Translations under genes and position numbers: made by a program
The notes under the pieces: model-generated
Told to the model about the DNA's origin: nothing
Database searches by the model: none
The model's input: the letters and a program-made list of their open reading frames with translations, nothing else
In this document: in pieces, positions 37,252 through 50,739 of the stretch
Layout of the letters: each line of letters starts with the position of its first letter
Position numbering within the stretch: the stretch's first letter is position 1
DNA from: Ramazzottius varieornatus
Taxonomy: Eukaryota > Animalia > Tardigrada
Direction of reading: 5' to 3'
NCBI GenBank assembly: GCA_001949185.1
Contig: BDGG01000002.1
Coordinates: 1,919,826 to 1,983,825, forward strand
DNA length: 64,000 nucleotides

Positions 37252-40200
37252 CTAGAACGTGGCAGTTGTCGAACCCAGCTGACTCAACGCTTCTTTCGCG
37301 GCCGAACACTTGGCCGTGCGGTGGTTGTTGCCCACCCCGGTGAACACTACCGTTTCGCCTTCCTTTCGAACACTCACTTGAATCTGGACCTTGCTGTTTG
37401 ACAGGATCGTCGCTTTCCTGAGGAAATGGATTTTTTACATCGTGAAATTCAGTGAATAGATTGGGAAGCGGGCAAACTGAACGTGCAAGATCCCAATCTC
37501 AAGTGGCACACTTTACGTTGTTATTAAGAGGAAAGATGCGCCACTCGAGATAACGATCTTGATCGTTCTGTTCTCGGTATACTTACCGGAAATCGACACC
37601 ACCTGGGTTTTCTTCCAAAAGCACTCGAACGGGGTTCTTCGGACGATGCTGGACGCAGTATTCAATGCGTTTTCTCATCAGATTCCAGTACACTTTCCAC
37701 ACAGCGTCTAGGGAGAAGCCACTATCCAAGAAGATAGCACCCGCCACCGACTCGAAGACGTCACCCAAGGTCTTCGGATCTTCCGCTTCTTCGTAGCCTT
37801 CATAAGCATCCTCCTCGTCATCATCGTCATTCGGATCCATATTCAACTGCAGAAAAACCAAAGTAGTGTGAATAGAATGCTCGTACGCACAGAAAGATCA
37901 AGCTGTGAACCTTACCATGTCCTCCGGGAGACCAACGATGGTCGGGTCAATCGTCTGCATTCGGTCGACATACATCTGAATCAGGCTGAAGATTTTCGGA
38001 CTATGAAACTTGATGTTGATGTGGAATTCATGTTTGGTGGCCAGCAAAGAGAAAGTTTTGTTGTTGACCAACGCCGAGCGCAAGTCAGTCAGTTCGCCCG
38101 GACTCAAGTCTTTTCCATCCGGTGGCTTGACATCGTACAGGTGGCGCGTGATTAGGAAGTCCAAGACGGCGTCCCCTGCAAACAAACGGTTAAATTCCAT
38201 TCAGAAATCATTCAAAATAATACGCCAGAGCCTAGCTAGGAGCTCAACAAACCGAATCAACCCGATCGTTTCCCCAAGTGGCGCACGCTTCCGGTCGATG
38301 TCAATGAAAACGGGCGCCACTGGGGAAAAACAATCTGGCCAAGCGTGTTAGCCAAAGGGACGTACGTTTTCAGACATACTGGCTGGAAGCGTGCGCCACT
38401 TAGGGAAAAACTCCTTTGTCGAGTTCGATGATCTTGACCAAGTAGCGCGTGCATTCAGCCATTGACACTGAAAGCGCGCGCCACTTGGGAAAACAATATT
38501 TTCAAGTTTGTTCACCATTATATCATGGTCTGAAAGCTGCGACTGAGTTACCGATAAATTCAAGGCGTTGATAACAGTCCGTGAAGCGGTTCGAGTAGAA
38601 CGAGTTGTGAGTAAAAGCTTCCAACAAGAATGCCGGTTGACGGAACTTGTAGCCAATCTCTTCTTCAAAATCCATGAAGTTCTTCTTGAATTTCCTCAGA
38701 TACCCAATCGTCTCGGGATCCATTCTTAACAAGGGCGAAGGAACTTTGCTGATATCCCCTGAGCCAATTTGCACACCATCCTCCGGAAGGACAGTCAGAC
38801 CCAACCAGTCCATAAAGTGCATGGCACTGCTACAACCGCACTTGACCAACACCACGCCAATCAAGGCTTCCATCACGTCGGCCAGACACTTGTCGTTGAT
38901 TGCCTGGTCAACCCGCAAGTCCACGCTGACCGGACCGTTCGCTAGGTTCTTCTCGTCTGCGCCAACTTGTTCCAATCCGTTCCTTTCAGTCGAAGGCAGC
39001 GAACCATTGGAACTGCCTACTTCCATACTGTTCCCTTCATTCAGTAAGTCACTGTTCGCTTTATTCGCCGCTACACCTTCCACTTCCTCCATCTTCTTCT
39101 TCACTTCCTGGTTCGTCGTGAAGCCTGGGGGAAGAAACATGGTCGGAGGATCCAGACCTTGTCCCCGAACGAAGTTTGTCAAGCCCTTCTCCTTTGCTAA
39201 CCGGTACAGTCGCTGGTTAGAAACCTGTTCCCCCTTCAACGAAGACAGTTTTCCCTCATGGAAGGCTGGATATTTCAGGAACAAGTACACGCACGTGCTC
39301 ATCTTCAGAAAAGCATCACCCATCGTTTCCAGCCTTTCCAGATTCACCTCGTCAACCCCATTCAACGTTAGAGAAGTCAATAAGTCCGTCAATTCCGGGA
39401 AAGGCTGGTTGACGGGGTCCAGCAAGAACTCTGCGTCAAGGTAGAACGGCGGCTCGACCAGACGTGAATTACACCCGGGTGGAACGGGCAAGACAGGCTG
39501 AGTCACCCCGGGAGTAACGTCCGGCCATGTGTTGGTACTGAACCGATTGACTTGACTGGTTTCTGTCAAAGGCAGCTTTTTTCTCTTCTGCTGGGCCTTG
39601 TAGAACATTTTCTGAGTGTAGTCGCCAAACAGAAAACCTTTTCCCCGTTCAACTGAAGTATCTGTCGTGTTTTCTTTGCTTTCTTCTGCCGGAGTCTGTG
39701 ATCTATTCATGTCTGGAAGTACAGCGTGACTGTCTAGAGCGAGGCGTTTGACTGAATGCTCGATGTTGGTAGCTGCTTTGACTAGGTGATCGTACAAGTT
39801 CGGGTACGCGTGTGGGAACGGCTGCCACTGTAACGGCGCAGGCACGCCCTTACCGATACCCGTCTCGCGGCGAAGACGCTCATACAGCGACGAGACGTTG
39901 GCGAAACCATGGAGGCGGTAAAGGATGGAGGGAAGGAGACGGAGCTTGAAGTACAAGGCGGAAGTGACCGGAAGGACTTGGCAGAGCTCAGCGGCCACCA
40001 GCAGGAAACCTTCGGCTGTGATGCCTGGCTTACTCTTGTTACTTGCTCGCTTGGAGTCCTCCTTGCTTTCTTCGGGTTTTGGACGGAGGAAGTGCAGCCT
40101 GAAAAGATAAAACAGAAGATTAGAAACCTTATTCGTGGGGGGAAATCCCACACACTAGATGTGGGAAGTTATGTTGGGCACAGGATGTGATTCTACCGAT

Positions 40201-43200
40201 TTCCTATGAATATCCTTGTAAGGGTTGCGCCGAGCACGGGCTTGATAGAAATCTTGCAGGAAAACGGCAGAATGACAAAATACCGTGCAACGAATTCATT
40301 GTACCGCTTCTTCCTGGTTTTTGTTTCTGGAATTCTGTTTTCCGCACACGTTCTTCATAGCTTCCGAAAGTATCTTTCGCTTACCCTTTTGAGCAGTGCC
40401 GTAGAGCCAGCATGGGCTGTTGGGCGTGTTGCAGCTCAATCCCGTTCTCCGCCCTGACATGTTCCATATGTGTCAATGCGTCTTCGCCGTTCGCGTCGAA
40501 CTGCGGGGACAAGGGTGTCAAGTCCTCCCTGACGTCCATCACGTGATGTCTAAAGACGGTCGGCAGCCCATCTTTGTGGCCCTTCATGTGGGTCGTCACG
40601 ACCACCTTCCCCCGATACTCGACCGCGTTCAACAGACCTTTCGTCTTGTCCTCCTTCACCACAAACCCAGCTTTCTGTCCGACTTCGTTGACTGTCTTCC
40701 AGTCGACCTTACCGTCCTTTAAGGCAACGACAAAGAGTTTGTCGTAGTGGTTCTTGTCTAACGGCAGGAGTCCTTCGAGCTGCAGGATATCTTCGAAGAC
40801 GACGGTATGGAAGGATCGAGCTTGTTCGACCTGTTGTTCGGCTAACTCAATGGGCTTGAGAAAGTAGAAATCGACAGTGTACTCGCGCATGCTGATGTAG
40901 AGAGGGAAGAGTGGAATGGTGGGGAGGAAGTCTCGGGTAACGAGACCGAGGACGACGGAAGGGTCGTACTCGAAACGCGAGTCGACGTCGTCGTGGATCT
41001 TGCCGGTCCATGTTAACCTAATCTCGTACAGGAAGCGCACGGCTTTGGGCATGTGTGGGACCGGTGTGAAACATTTGGCGACCTATTTAAAAACTACATT
41101 CTGCTCATCACAATCATCACATGCTACGCTCATCACATGCTACGAACACAACGAAACTCCACACTTCCGGTTTGACGACTCGATCGGGTCTTTCAGTATT
41201 ATCATGCCGCTCTTAGATCCTTTTTCGGCTTGACATGTCGACTTTGGGCGAAAGAATGTGTAAAACACTGCGGATTTTATCGAGTAGTTACCTTTATTAA
41301 GAAAATGAAAAATCTTCATATCGCGCGTCACTCAAACCTTTCAAGCGACAACAATATTCACGAACTGAAACTCTAGAAAATAAAACTTCAAGCGAGAAAG
41401 TGCGGGCCAGCTCATCACAGAAGCGATACAAAAGACCCAACAGAGGCTGCGTTATACTGAAAGACCCGACATAGTGAACACAAGTAGTTTCGGAACTTTT
41501 ATTGGGGATCTGGGATGCCGGAAGTTGCCTTACTGTACCTGTTTGGAGTAAATTTGCTGCCTTTTCTTGGTTCCCGCTTTCGGTCTGCCCTCTTCAGCGA
41601 CTTCCGGTTGGTATGCCTTGGTGAACTCTCTGGCTTGCTCACGCCATTTTTCTTTGGGCCAAGGCAGGAGGTTTTCCGGGTCCAGCTCGCCAACTTCAAA
41701 CAGTTTCTTGCAGCACAAGAGGGCGGAAGCTTTCTTGGCTGACACCTTGCTTTTCATCGCCGGACTCTAAACAAAAACGACCATTCATCCAAACAACAGT
41801 TCGACGTACTAAATTTCGTATTAAAGTTTGGCGATATTCGTACCGTGACAGGGTCTTTGATGGCGGCACTTCGGGGTAAATGCGCCGTACAGATGAACTG
41901 ATCCTTTCCCAGCTTCTCTTCTTCCATGTAGACCAAACAGGAAGTCATGTTGTCGTTGGGAAGAGTATTCAGATATCTGTAAAAATATAGGAATAAACTC
42001 TAACGACGCCAAAATATTAGCTCTGTTAGAGAAAAAATGTATCTTGTGATACCGTTGAAGGGTGACTAAGGCAGTGTCCATTGAAATGATCGCGCTGCTG
42101 TATGGTGACCGGAAGGGTGGATACTCCTCGTCGTCAAAGTGCTTGTCCCGCTCTTCGGCGGTAGGACAAGCTCGATCGTAGCAATGCCGCTTCATCACCT
42201 CATCCAGCTCTTGGAATTCCCGAAGTTCTTGGTTCTCAAAAGCCGTCCGATGTCGACTCTCAATCATCATGATGAACTGCGAGTTCTCTGCTCGAGCTCG
42301 TCCACGCGACTGTACATACCTGCAAAAATGGAACCTTCAGCATTCATCATTCATTTTAAAGTTTCGGACCCAGGGTTCCGGCAAACAAAGTCGACAGGAT
42401 CATTTTTTCTAAATGGCGCACTTGTCCAGTGATATCGACTGAGCGCATGCGCCACTTAAAGAAACGCCACACGAGCAAGATGGTTTCTTCAAACGGTGCA
42501 CGTTTCCAGCCAATAACACGAAAATTATACGCCACTCAACAAATCAGTCTTTTCCAGTCTTTTCCTTTGTCATAAAATACAATAAGTCATAATTGGGTCG
42601 ACTGAAAAACTTCTTACGAGCGATAATTTTGTGGTTGATCGAAGCGAATGATCAGGTTACACTCCCTAACGTCGAAGCCTTCTTCCACCACGTCGGTAGA
42701 GACCAGCACGTTGATGGCGCCTTTGCGGAACAGATCCAGTGTATTCCGCAGTTGCTTCAGCGAAAGGTGGGGCTTCTCCCCACTAGACTCTATCGCGCCG
42801 CTCTCCGTCAGCTGCCCCACACAAAACCCACTGCTAATATAGGAATGTGTCGTCGAAGACTTACTGGACCCGATCAGCTGCAGGAGCGTGTGTAACGCCC
42901 ACGCATTGTACCGTTCCTTTACGAAGACGATACAACAAAAATCTTCCCTCTGCCCTGTAAAGCGAAAAACTTCTCCATGGAGTACTCAAACTGCACCAGC
43001 AAGATAGAGATCGAGGCTGTCCTCGATAGCAACCACAGCACAGCCACCCTTATTTCTATTCAAAAGACACAACTGTATGAAATGTGACGACGGAACAGAA
43101 AGCGAGGTAAAACTGGTGTCGTCATGCACAGTTCCTCGGTTTCTGTTTCCACACTACACTGCGCTACAAAGTCCAGGAGAACACGGAAAAAGCCTATTCA

Positions 43201-46166
43201 GAATAATCAGGTAGTGAAATCTTACCGTTATTCGAGAACTGGTCGAGAAGCTCAATCAGTCGTCTCGCTTTAGGTGAAATCAGGTCCCAAATCCCCTCGG
43301 AATTCTGCGGCGTGACGTCGAGGACGCCAAAGTCCATTTCCAATTGTGAGCCAAAAACCTGTAGCGTGGATATGCTGGAGTGGACAGGCACGGTAGTCTC
43401 GTGCAGGAAGATGCCCAAACTTCTCATCATTAGCAAATCTTCCAGCAGCAACCCCGAAGTCTGAACAGAGGTCAAAATTACCTTTGGGATAAATTCTCAA
43501 GTACTTCCGTCTTTTTGTTTACTTACTTTGTAGGCGCACCAAGGACCCAAGGACAGCAGCGTGTTCTGAACCTGTCCCAGGTGGTTCTTGGTCTCCTTCA
43601 GAGTAGACAAGCCACCTAGAGGATATAAGACAAGCGGCTCTAATGGCACGACCACCACTTCATCCATGTCTTCTTCGTCATTCACAGCCACATGACGGGT
43701 AGCGGTGGGCTTCTTGACAGCTGCTTCGATCCATTCGATGATGGCCGTTAGACCTTCTCTCAAGTCATCCAGCTCTTCCGTCATTCGCATAGTCTACGGG
43801 AGGATCTTGAGTTTCATAAATGATATTCCACCAGAGATCGCCAAGAAACTCGGCAAGCAAAGTCGACAAGATTGTCTCTCCAAGTGGCACACTTTTCAAT
43901 GACATTGGCTGAAGACGTGCGGCAGTGGGGAAAAATCGATGTGCCCAGTTTGAATGGTTTCCACGTCGCGCACGGCTGTGGCCAATAAAACTGCAAAAGT
44001 GCGCCACTTGAAAGGCTGTCTTGTCGAGTTTATCGGCTGAGCTTCTATGGTTCGACACTGGGTGGACGCTCTCGAGATATGGAGAAAACTATTAGTCGAA
44101 AGAAGGATCTCAGTAAATACCTCGTAGCAGTCGACAGCGGGTTCGGCTCTTCTACCATGAACGATTAACGAATCATCCATGGAAGTCCATACGGTAGCGC
44201 CCATACATTGCTCCAAATCCTTGATCTTTGCTTCCAACTTCTCCTGCGTGGTCAACTTCCCTTGCTGGGTTGGGTTCGGCTTCGAGAAGGGCGAAGCTTT
44301 CTTGTCCAGCTTGATATTGATGACAGAGGCCGTCAAACCTATATAACAGCAACCCACTTGAGGCAGAACGTTATTCGGTCACTTCTGTCGCAAGCACCTG
44401 ACCGAGAATTCTGGGCTTGTGCGGATGTTTATCGCCGTGCAAGAGTCTCATGATCTCGCGGTATGGATGCTTCTCAGAGGCATGATGACACTCATCCAGA
44501 ATGATGAGGTTGAGGCGCTTGGGCTCAATAATGGCATTACTGAGCAGCATCTTGAAAATGTCGTGAACCATAACCAAAATCTTGTTCTTTTTGAACTCGG
44601 TGGTCCACTTGGCCAGGGTCCACTCATCCACGCCTGCTGAGCCATGGTATGCTACAACCGGAAACGATGAAAATCACAAAGCCAAACAAGGCGTTCCCAC
44701 TTGTTTCCAATTGAAATTACCAATCATACCTCCAGTTGGAAGACCGGTCATCTGTCTCAAGACTCTGGACTGCTGTTCTACCAGCGGGACTAAGAGAAGC
44801 AACAGTAAAACTATGGTAAGATGAAATTTGCATGGTGGTCAAGAGTTGTTACCTGAAGGAACGACGAAGACAGTTCGCATTCCACCTTTGTCCCATTCCT
44901 CGGCTAATTGTTCTTGCAGTTCTTGAATCACTTTGACAGCAATGTAGGTCTTTCCCGTTCCTGAAAATACAAGTATGTCGAGACTTTCCACATTACTATC
45001 GACGTATCGGGCAGGAAAGTCAGAAGGGGGAATACCAGACAGCTTCGCGTCCTGGCTCCAACCGAAGTCACGCCAACGCACGAAGTATCACAATAATACA
45101 TAGGGGGTTCAAAAAGTCATAAAGCTGCGTCACCACAAATTCTGTGGTTGTTCGATCTCTGCAAGTTTTTGCTCGAGAATAAAGTAACTTATGGGCAACA
45201 CGGCACAATTGTAGCCTAGGCTGGGAAGTCAATCGTTGGAAAAATTTTCTAAGGTATATGAAAGGAGGTTTTTTTAGGGCTCCACGCTCTAGAAGTTACG
45301 TAGTTTCTTCCTCATCGTACGTTTGAGTCCGACTTCAGCTCTGGATGAAAGTGGGATCTCTAGTGACTAGTTTGAGTAGAAGGAAGTCAAGCCTAACCGC
45401 TGTCCAGGCTCGAGAAGAGATTTCATTTTTAGACAAAGCGAGAGTGCGCAAGTGAAACGAGGAAAAACCGCCTGGTGCGGTACCGGATCACCAGCTGGAT
45501 TTTGAGAACTTTTCTGTTTCCTCCACCGTGTTTCGATTTCTGATAAAAGTAAGCTTTCACTCTGTATTCCCTTCGTACTCTAGTTGCTTTTTGTCGAAGC
45601 GCTAGAAAATCGTCTATCGCAAATATTCGAAAAACTGCATTTCCACGATCGGCGCGGATAACGCAGGAATAACATCACAAAATGCGCGAGTTTGAGAGGA
45701 AAATCGAAAAACGATTTTTCGCATCTTTTCAAAAAATTATTTCTCCTCCTGTTCGAGTGCCAAGTACTCCATCTTTTGAGGGTAGTGATTAGAAGAGATG
45801 GTCTATCTTTCAAGAGCGTGCTCTGGAAAATAGCACTTTCAGGTGGACTGTGCCCTAAAACTTATTGAACCTTACGTATCAAAGGGGACGACATGATTCT
45901 ATTCAATCTGCGCTATCGCTGTGACGTCATGGGCAGCACCAAGCAATCAACGGAATCTAAATAGACTAACCAGTTCCCAACGCGCAGACGATGCTCTCGT
46001 TGACAGCCCGCGCTACCAGCTCATCCTGAAGAGCAGAAGGTAGATTTACGATAAGTTTTCCCGTAGTCACTCCCAATCTTACTTGGTAAGCTCGCTTCGT
46101 GAAGTTGTCTGGAAGAGCAGGCTGAGGAGCATAGGAACCAGCACTGGTACCGGCTTGGCTATCCAT
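37252..46166 (-). CDS. Dicer: Dicer (DExD/H helicase, HelicaseC, DUF283, platform-PAZ, RNase IIIa, RNase IIIb, dsRBD)
   Basis: RAYQ; LGTG|TGKT; ILDECHH; STDVVEEGFDVRECNLIIRFD; SYVQSRGRAR; RIIIa NLERLETMGDAFLK / ADVMEALIG; RIIIb YQRLEFIG|DAVLD / PKTLGDVFESVAGAI; C-terminal dsRBD ending TAG 37252-37254. Confidence 0.97.
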
Positions 46167-46491
46167 CTCGGGAAAGTCAACTGGCTCCGGATGGCACTTC
46201 GTTCTTCCTTGGCATACCCTTGGAATTCCTATCGAAAAAGCTATGCCCTACCTTGCTGCCATCGTTTGTCTGGACAACGGTTGGGTGTAACGCATCAAGA
46301 GACAAAGGATGGACTTTGGACTTCCGAATGAGAAAATCACAATAACACTGATTAGCGATTATTGATGTCCAATCAACAATCAAGCACCAAACAGTCGGAC
46401 GGTGGTAGTGGGAACCGCTAGCGTAATATATACCAAGCACCTACTCCGTGTTCGGAATTTACGTTCGTACGCCTACTAAGCTCTGTTTCAT

Positions 46492-47277
46492 TAGTGATGT
46501 TCTAATATAGTAATATTTTATTAAAGTAGATGATAGTAGATGGTTTTAGCATCTACTATATTTAGTAATATTTAGTAAACGGATTTGGGCACCGAAACCC
46601 AATATTAATATTTTAGTAGTTTGAGACTGAGGTCTGATATTTTATTATTATTAAAATGTCCATCATCCGTATTAAAATATATTTTAATGAGAGTAACGCT
46701 GCCGTTGCTTCGAAAAACCGGTTGATTTGCTGAATTTGGCGCGTGTGCGCTAGTTATGTAATCTGCGACCACGCCTCGCAAAGTGCACAACATCCCAACG
46801 ATGGCCCTACACGCTTACAGTAGGGCTATCGTGGATGCATACGCTTACATCATGCACCTACATACGGTGTGGCGCAGCAACCTACCATGTCACAGAGTGC
46901 AGGTGCAGGATGCGAGATCTAGTACGGGCACTGGTAGTGCGGACGACAATTTTCTCGTCTGTCATTTTCCGTTGTTCAAAAAGTACTATCAGCTTGTCAG
47001 CGTCAGGTCAAACATTATGCTCTCTTCGGGCGAATATTTAGCAGAGTGTTTTGCTGATGAGGATGGTTATGAGACTGGGTGCCACGACCTGCCGTTGAGT
47101 TCTACAGTATTGAAGTATACTTTAATACCAAACTCACAGGAGTGCTGCTATTGTAATATTTTATTACGTCAGGCGAAGGTTTTACAATAATAATTCCAAA
47201 TTAGTAAGACTTGGGTGGACGGCTGATATTTATTTTTATTATATTAGATGTCACTATCCCATAGTAGAACATCACTA
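46492..47277. mobile_element. Non-autonomous hAT-like element upstream of Dicer
   Basis: TIR TAGTGATGTTCTA(a/c)TAT at both ends; AT-rich subterminal (T)AATATT repeats; degenerate 8-bp flanks TGTTTCAT / TGTATCTA. Confidence 0.6.
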
Positions 47278-47469
47278 TGTATCTACCGATGGGTGGTACT
47301 TTTAGCCTCCTGGCCAACCCATCCAACATTTTTTATGGATTCTTCTACGGCCATAGTTCTTAGATTGCGAGGCGGGTCAACTTGGCCGTACATACTGAGG
47401 ATCGGAGATCTTATCAGATGATCTTCCCCCGTAGCGGGATGATCAAAAGCTGATCTTCCTTTCCGTTCC

Positions 47470-50400
47470 ATGCCGCGAGGATTTGGAACGATGGAATTCC
47501 AAATTTGGAATACTAGATTGAGCTGGAAAATAACACGTGGAATTTCTAGTTTTCTATAGGAATTCCATATTTGACTGTAACGAAACCGAAATTAATGGTT
47601 GCACCGGTGTACATAGCCTGGATACAACCTTCAATGGGTTCCAGCAAACGTACCGAACGCAACCGAAGGGTGCCCGCATGACACAGCTGTCACCCCAGGG
47701 GATACTGTGTGGCGTTCTCGCGCTGAAAAATTTCTTTCCCATAGAAAGTTTTCTTCCAGCCTTCTAAGTTCTTTCCACAGCAATATTATAGTGCTATGAA
47801 TTCTTCGGACGAAGAGTTACCACTCCCAGAACCCGGACTGCAGAGGAGAACGATGGCCAGTAGGCTGGACGTTTGGGAACATTTCGAACGCGGTGAGGGA
47901 AAGTACAAGAAAACGAATCATCGCGTCGCGTCGCGACGTGCAAGTTCTGCGTAAAGGCCAGCGCCAAAGTCCTGGAGCTACGTGGAGAACGGTCGTACCT
48001 TGTCAAGCACGTGTTGGGATGTGTTCATGTACCGCAGCCTGTCAAAAAGCCTTATAGAGCTCCGGACACTGAACAACCCACATCTGGGAAAGACCAGCTG
48101 AAGGCAAGGCTGAAACGCCCGGCCACGCAAGGAAGCCTTATGGGCTTCGTCGACCGTCCTCCCACGACTTCCGAAAAGTCCCAGTTCGAAAGACTGCTTG
48201 CCAATGCCTTCCTCGACTGTAATATGTCATTCAGGTAAGAGCTTATACGATGTGGTTCTTAGACTACGTAAAATGAGACTAATTTTTGTTGGTTTCCGTA
48301 TTACAGATCTGTTGAAAATGAATCGTTCGTGGAACTCATTAAATTTCTCCGACCAAGTGTCAAGCTTCCGAACCGTATTACTTTCTCCCAACGGATAGTC
48401 AAGGACAGAATATTTGAAGCTGTTTCCGAGATCGACGCAGTATTCAGTAGGCAGCCAACTGTGACGTTAGCCTTCGATAGCTTCAAGAACGTATTCAAGA
48501 ATAAGCTGCTCGGTAAGACGCTAAAACTTATGTAGAACTTCTACGGAAGTTTTTATCACGTTTTTATTCTGTAAATATTGTGTTTTTCACTGCAGGTTTT
48601 GTCGCCGTCATCCGTACAGAAAATGGCACCGAGAACCACATCTTTGGCAAACTCGAGAATATTACAGGCGTTAGTTATACGGGCGACTATGTCGTTGAGC
48701 AAGTTGAAAGTGCTCTGGCGATTATGAGGACCAAGTCCAACGGAACAATCCAAGCGGTGACATGTGATTCAGACGGGGCCAAACCGAAAGCCAGAACCGA
48801 CCTGAGAAAGCTTCATCCGGAAACCATATCTCTTTCGTGCAGTGCCCACCAGATCAATCTGATATTCCAAGAGGTCTTCAAGTTCCTTCCGAAGTTCTCT
48901 GCAATCTGTAAATGCGCTCTTTCCATCATCAGTTGGTTTAGCGTGAGCAATCAGCTGCTAGGAAGACTCTTCAAGCTGTAGGAAGTTTTGTACAGTAAAA
49001 CCATCTCACTTCTAAGACCAACTCACACTCGATGCTACTCGTATTACTTCAGTTTCCTCAACGTACGGAAGTCATCCATGGCACTACAGGTATTTCGCGG
49101 CTTACCATTCTATATGGCGATGTAATTGTGTCTTATGGGTAATACCCTACTGTATGGGTTTCTGATTTCAGAGTTACGCAGTCAAGTTCGGAGACAACGA
49201 GGACTACCTTCCCGGAGACACAAAGGCTGCCATTGGAAGCAGTAAGTTCTGGGATTCCCTGAAAGACGTGCTGGCCCTTCTGCGTCCACTGGTCGATGCC
49301 CCAGCAAAAGCAGAAAGTGTCGACTGTACACTCGCTGATATGGGTGTATGACTGGCCGACATCTACAGTTCCTTTCTCGAGCACTCTGTGGCAAGCGAAC
49401 GCTCAATTCTGCTTGAGAAGCTGGAACGACGCTGGAAGTGGTTTTACGAACCCGAACTAATGGTGGTAGCCATGTTTTTGCATCCCCACGTCAAGCTCAC
49501 CAAGTTTCGGGTATGTGATTCCAGGTCTTTTTAATACCATCAGTCTGTGAACAGACAACTTTACATTTTAAATCTGAAATTTTGATTGTACTGCAGTGCT
49601 ACCAAATTATCGCGCACTTAACCATATGATAAGTCATCGCTACCCAGTATGATCAGATGTTATCACTGCGGCCACGATGACTCTCACTCGGGCATCATTT
49701 ACTGTTTACGTGGTTGAGTGCGAGATAATCTGGTAGCACTACGGCATTCTCCAGGCTGATCCGTCAAAGCTTCACAACGGTGTGATTGGGACGTGGTGTA
49801 CAGACTTGTACAAGAGGTACTTCAAGAGAGACCCCAGGTCGCTCCTGCCCTCCTCCAGTACGCAAACAACACAAACATGTTCGAAGAACGCTACACTTCG
49901 CAGTTTAAGAAGCCTCTCGACTTTTGGTCTTACGTTCGAAACGAACATACTGAGCTTTTAGACTCGGCAACACTGCTCCTTAAAGTATCCCCGCACGCTG
50001 CTGGAGTAGAAAGACTGTGGAGTCGCATGAAGGGTGTGCATACAGATGCACGCAATCTGCTGAAGGTCGACCTGGTAACAGGAATATGTGTCGTAAAGAT
50101 GCAGCTCCAGGAAGAACGGAAGAAGAAAGCAATTCAAGGTAAAAGCGAGCTTACTTGAAGAGTGTAACACTCATGTTTATTTCATCCAGAAACCAAGTTT
50201 CGCCTAAGTAACGAAAGTTGACGCAGATGATGCCGAAGAGGTAGCAGTGGTAGCGGTTTCGCCTGGTTTCCGTACTCTGAAACACTTGTTCGGTTATACG
50301 TCTGCAGTTTAGTTTCTATTGTGAGAACTGATCATTTGCGTTGCTTGACCAGGCCTGTCAAATTTTACGTCGTAGAGACTTTTCTTTGAAAACTATTACC

Positions 50401-50581
50401 TTTAGATCTGTAATTGATGATCTCGTAGTGTATTCTGTTATCTGTATGGTTCCATATCTATATGTGATGAAAACTGGCGTTCTCGAAATTCCTAAATTTG
50501 GCCGTCGAATTGTGGGAAAGGAATATAGGAATATAGGAATATTAGGAATTACTTTCCTGTTTTCCATTCCAAGGACCTCTG
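47470..50581 (+). mobile_element. Decayed hAT transposon with an intron-containing transposase pseudogene (~47796-50158); ends approximate
   Basis: BED finger (VWEHF...CKFC...HVLGC, frameshift near 47910), FDSFKN, TCDSDG, CSAHQINL, stop at 48979, dimerization domain PLDFWS...PHAAGVERLWSRM; GGAAT-rich subterminal repeats. Confidence 0.85.
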
Positions 50582-50739
50582 ACCAGGAATTTACAACCTT
50601 ATCAACAGATCACTCGGTGAGAGCTGCACGATCAGCGATAGACGGGTGATTTACTCAGTGAATTATCCAAAATACAGCTCGGCTTCGCAACATCATGTGA
50701 AGCCCAACTTTGGAATGGCAATCAATCAATCAAAATTCA

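Noticed and set aside
38263-38500. Repeat-spacer-repeat arrangement resembling a CRISPR array
   Set aside because: The 25-nt loops are homologous to one another (about GTTTCCAGCCAATAACACTGAAAAC, either orientation), arrays are only 1-3 units in eukaryotic introns, and no cas genes are present.
38674-39444. 256-aa plus-strand ORF
   Set aside because: Antisense shadow of the long Dicer RNase III exon; no independent motif.
45101-45857. Possible TE (TAGGG...CCCTA) in the long Dicer intron
   Set aside because: Only a 5-bp terminal match and no TSD; probably repeat-derived but not definable.
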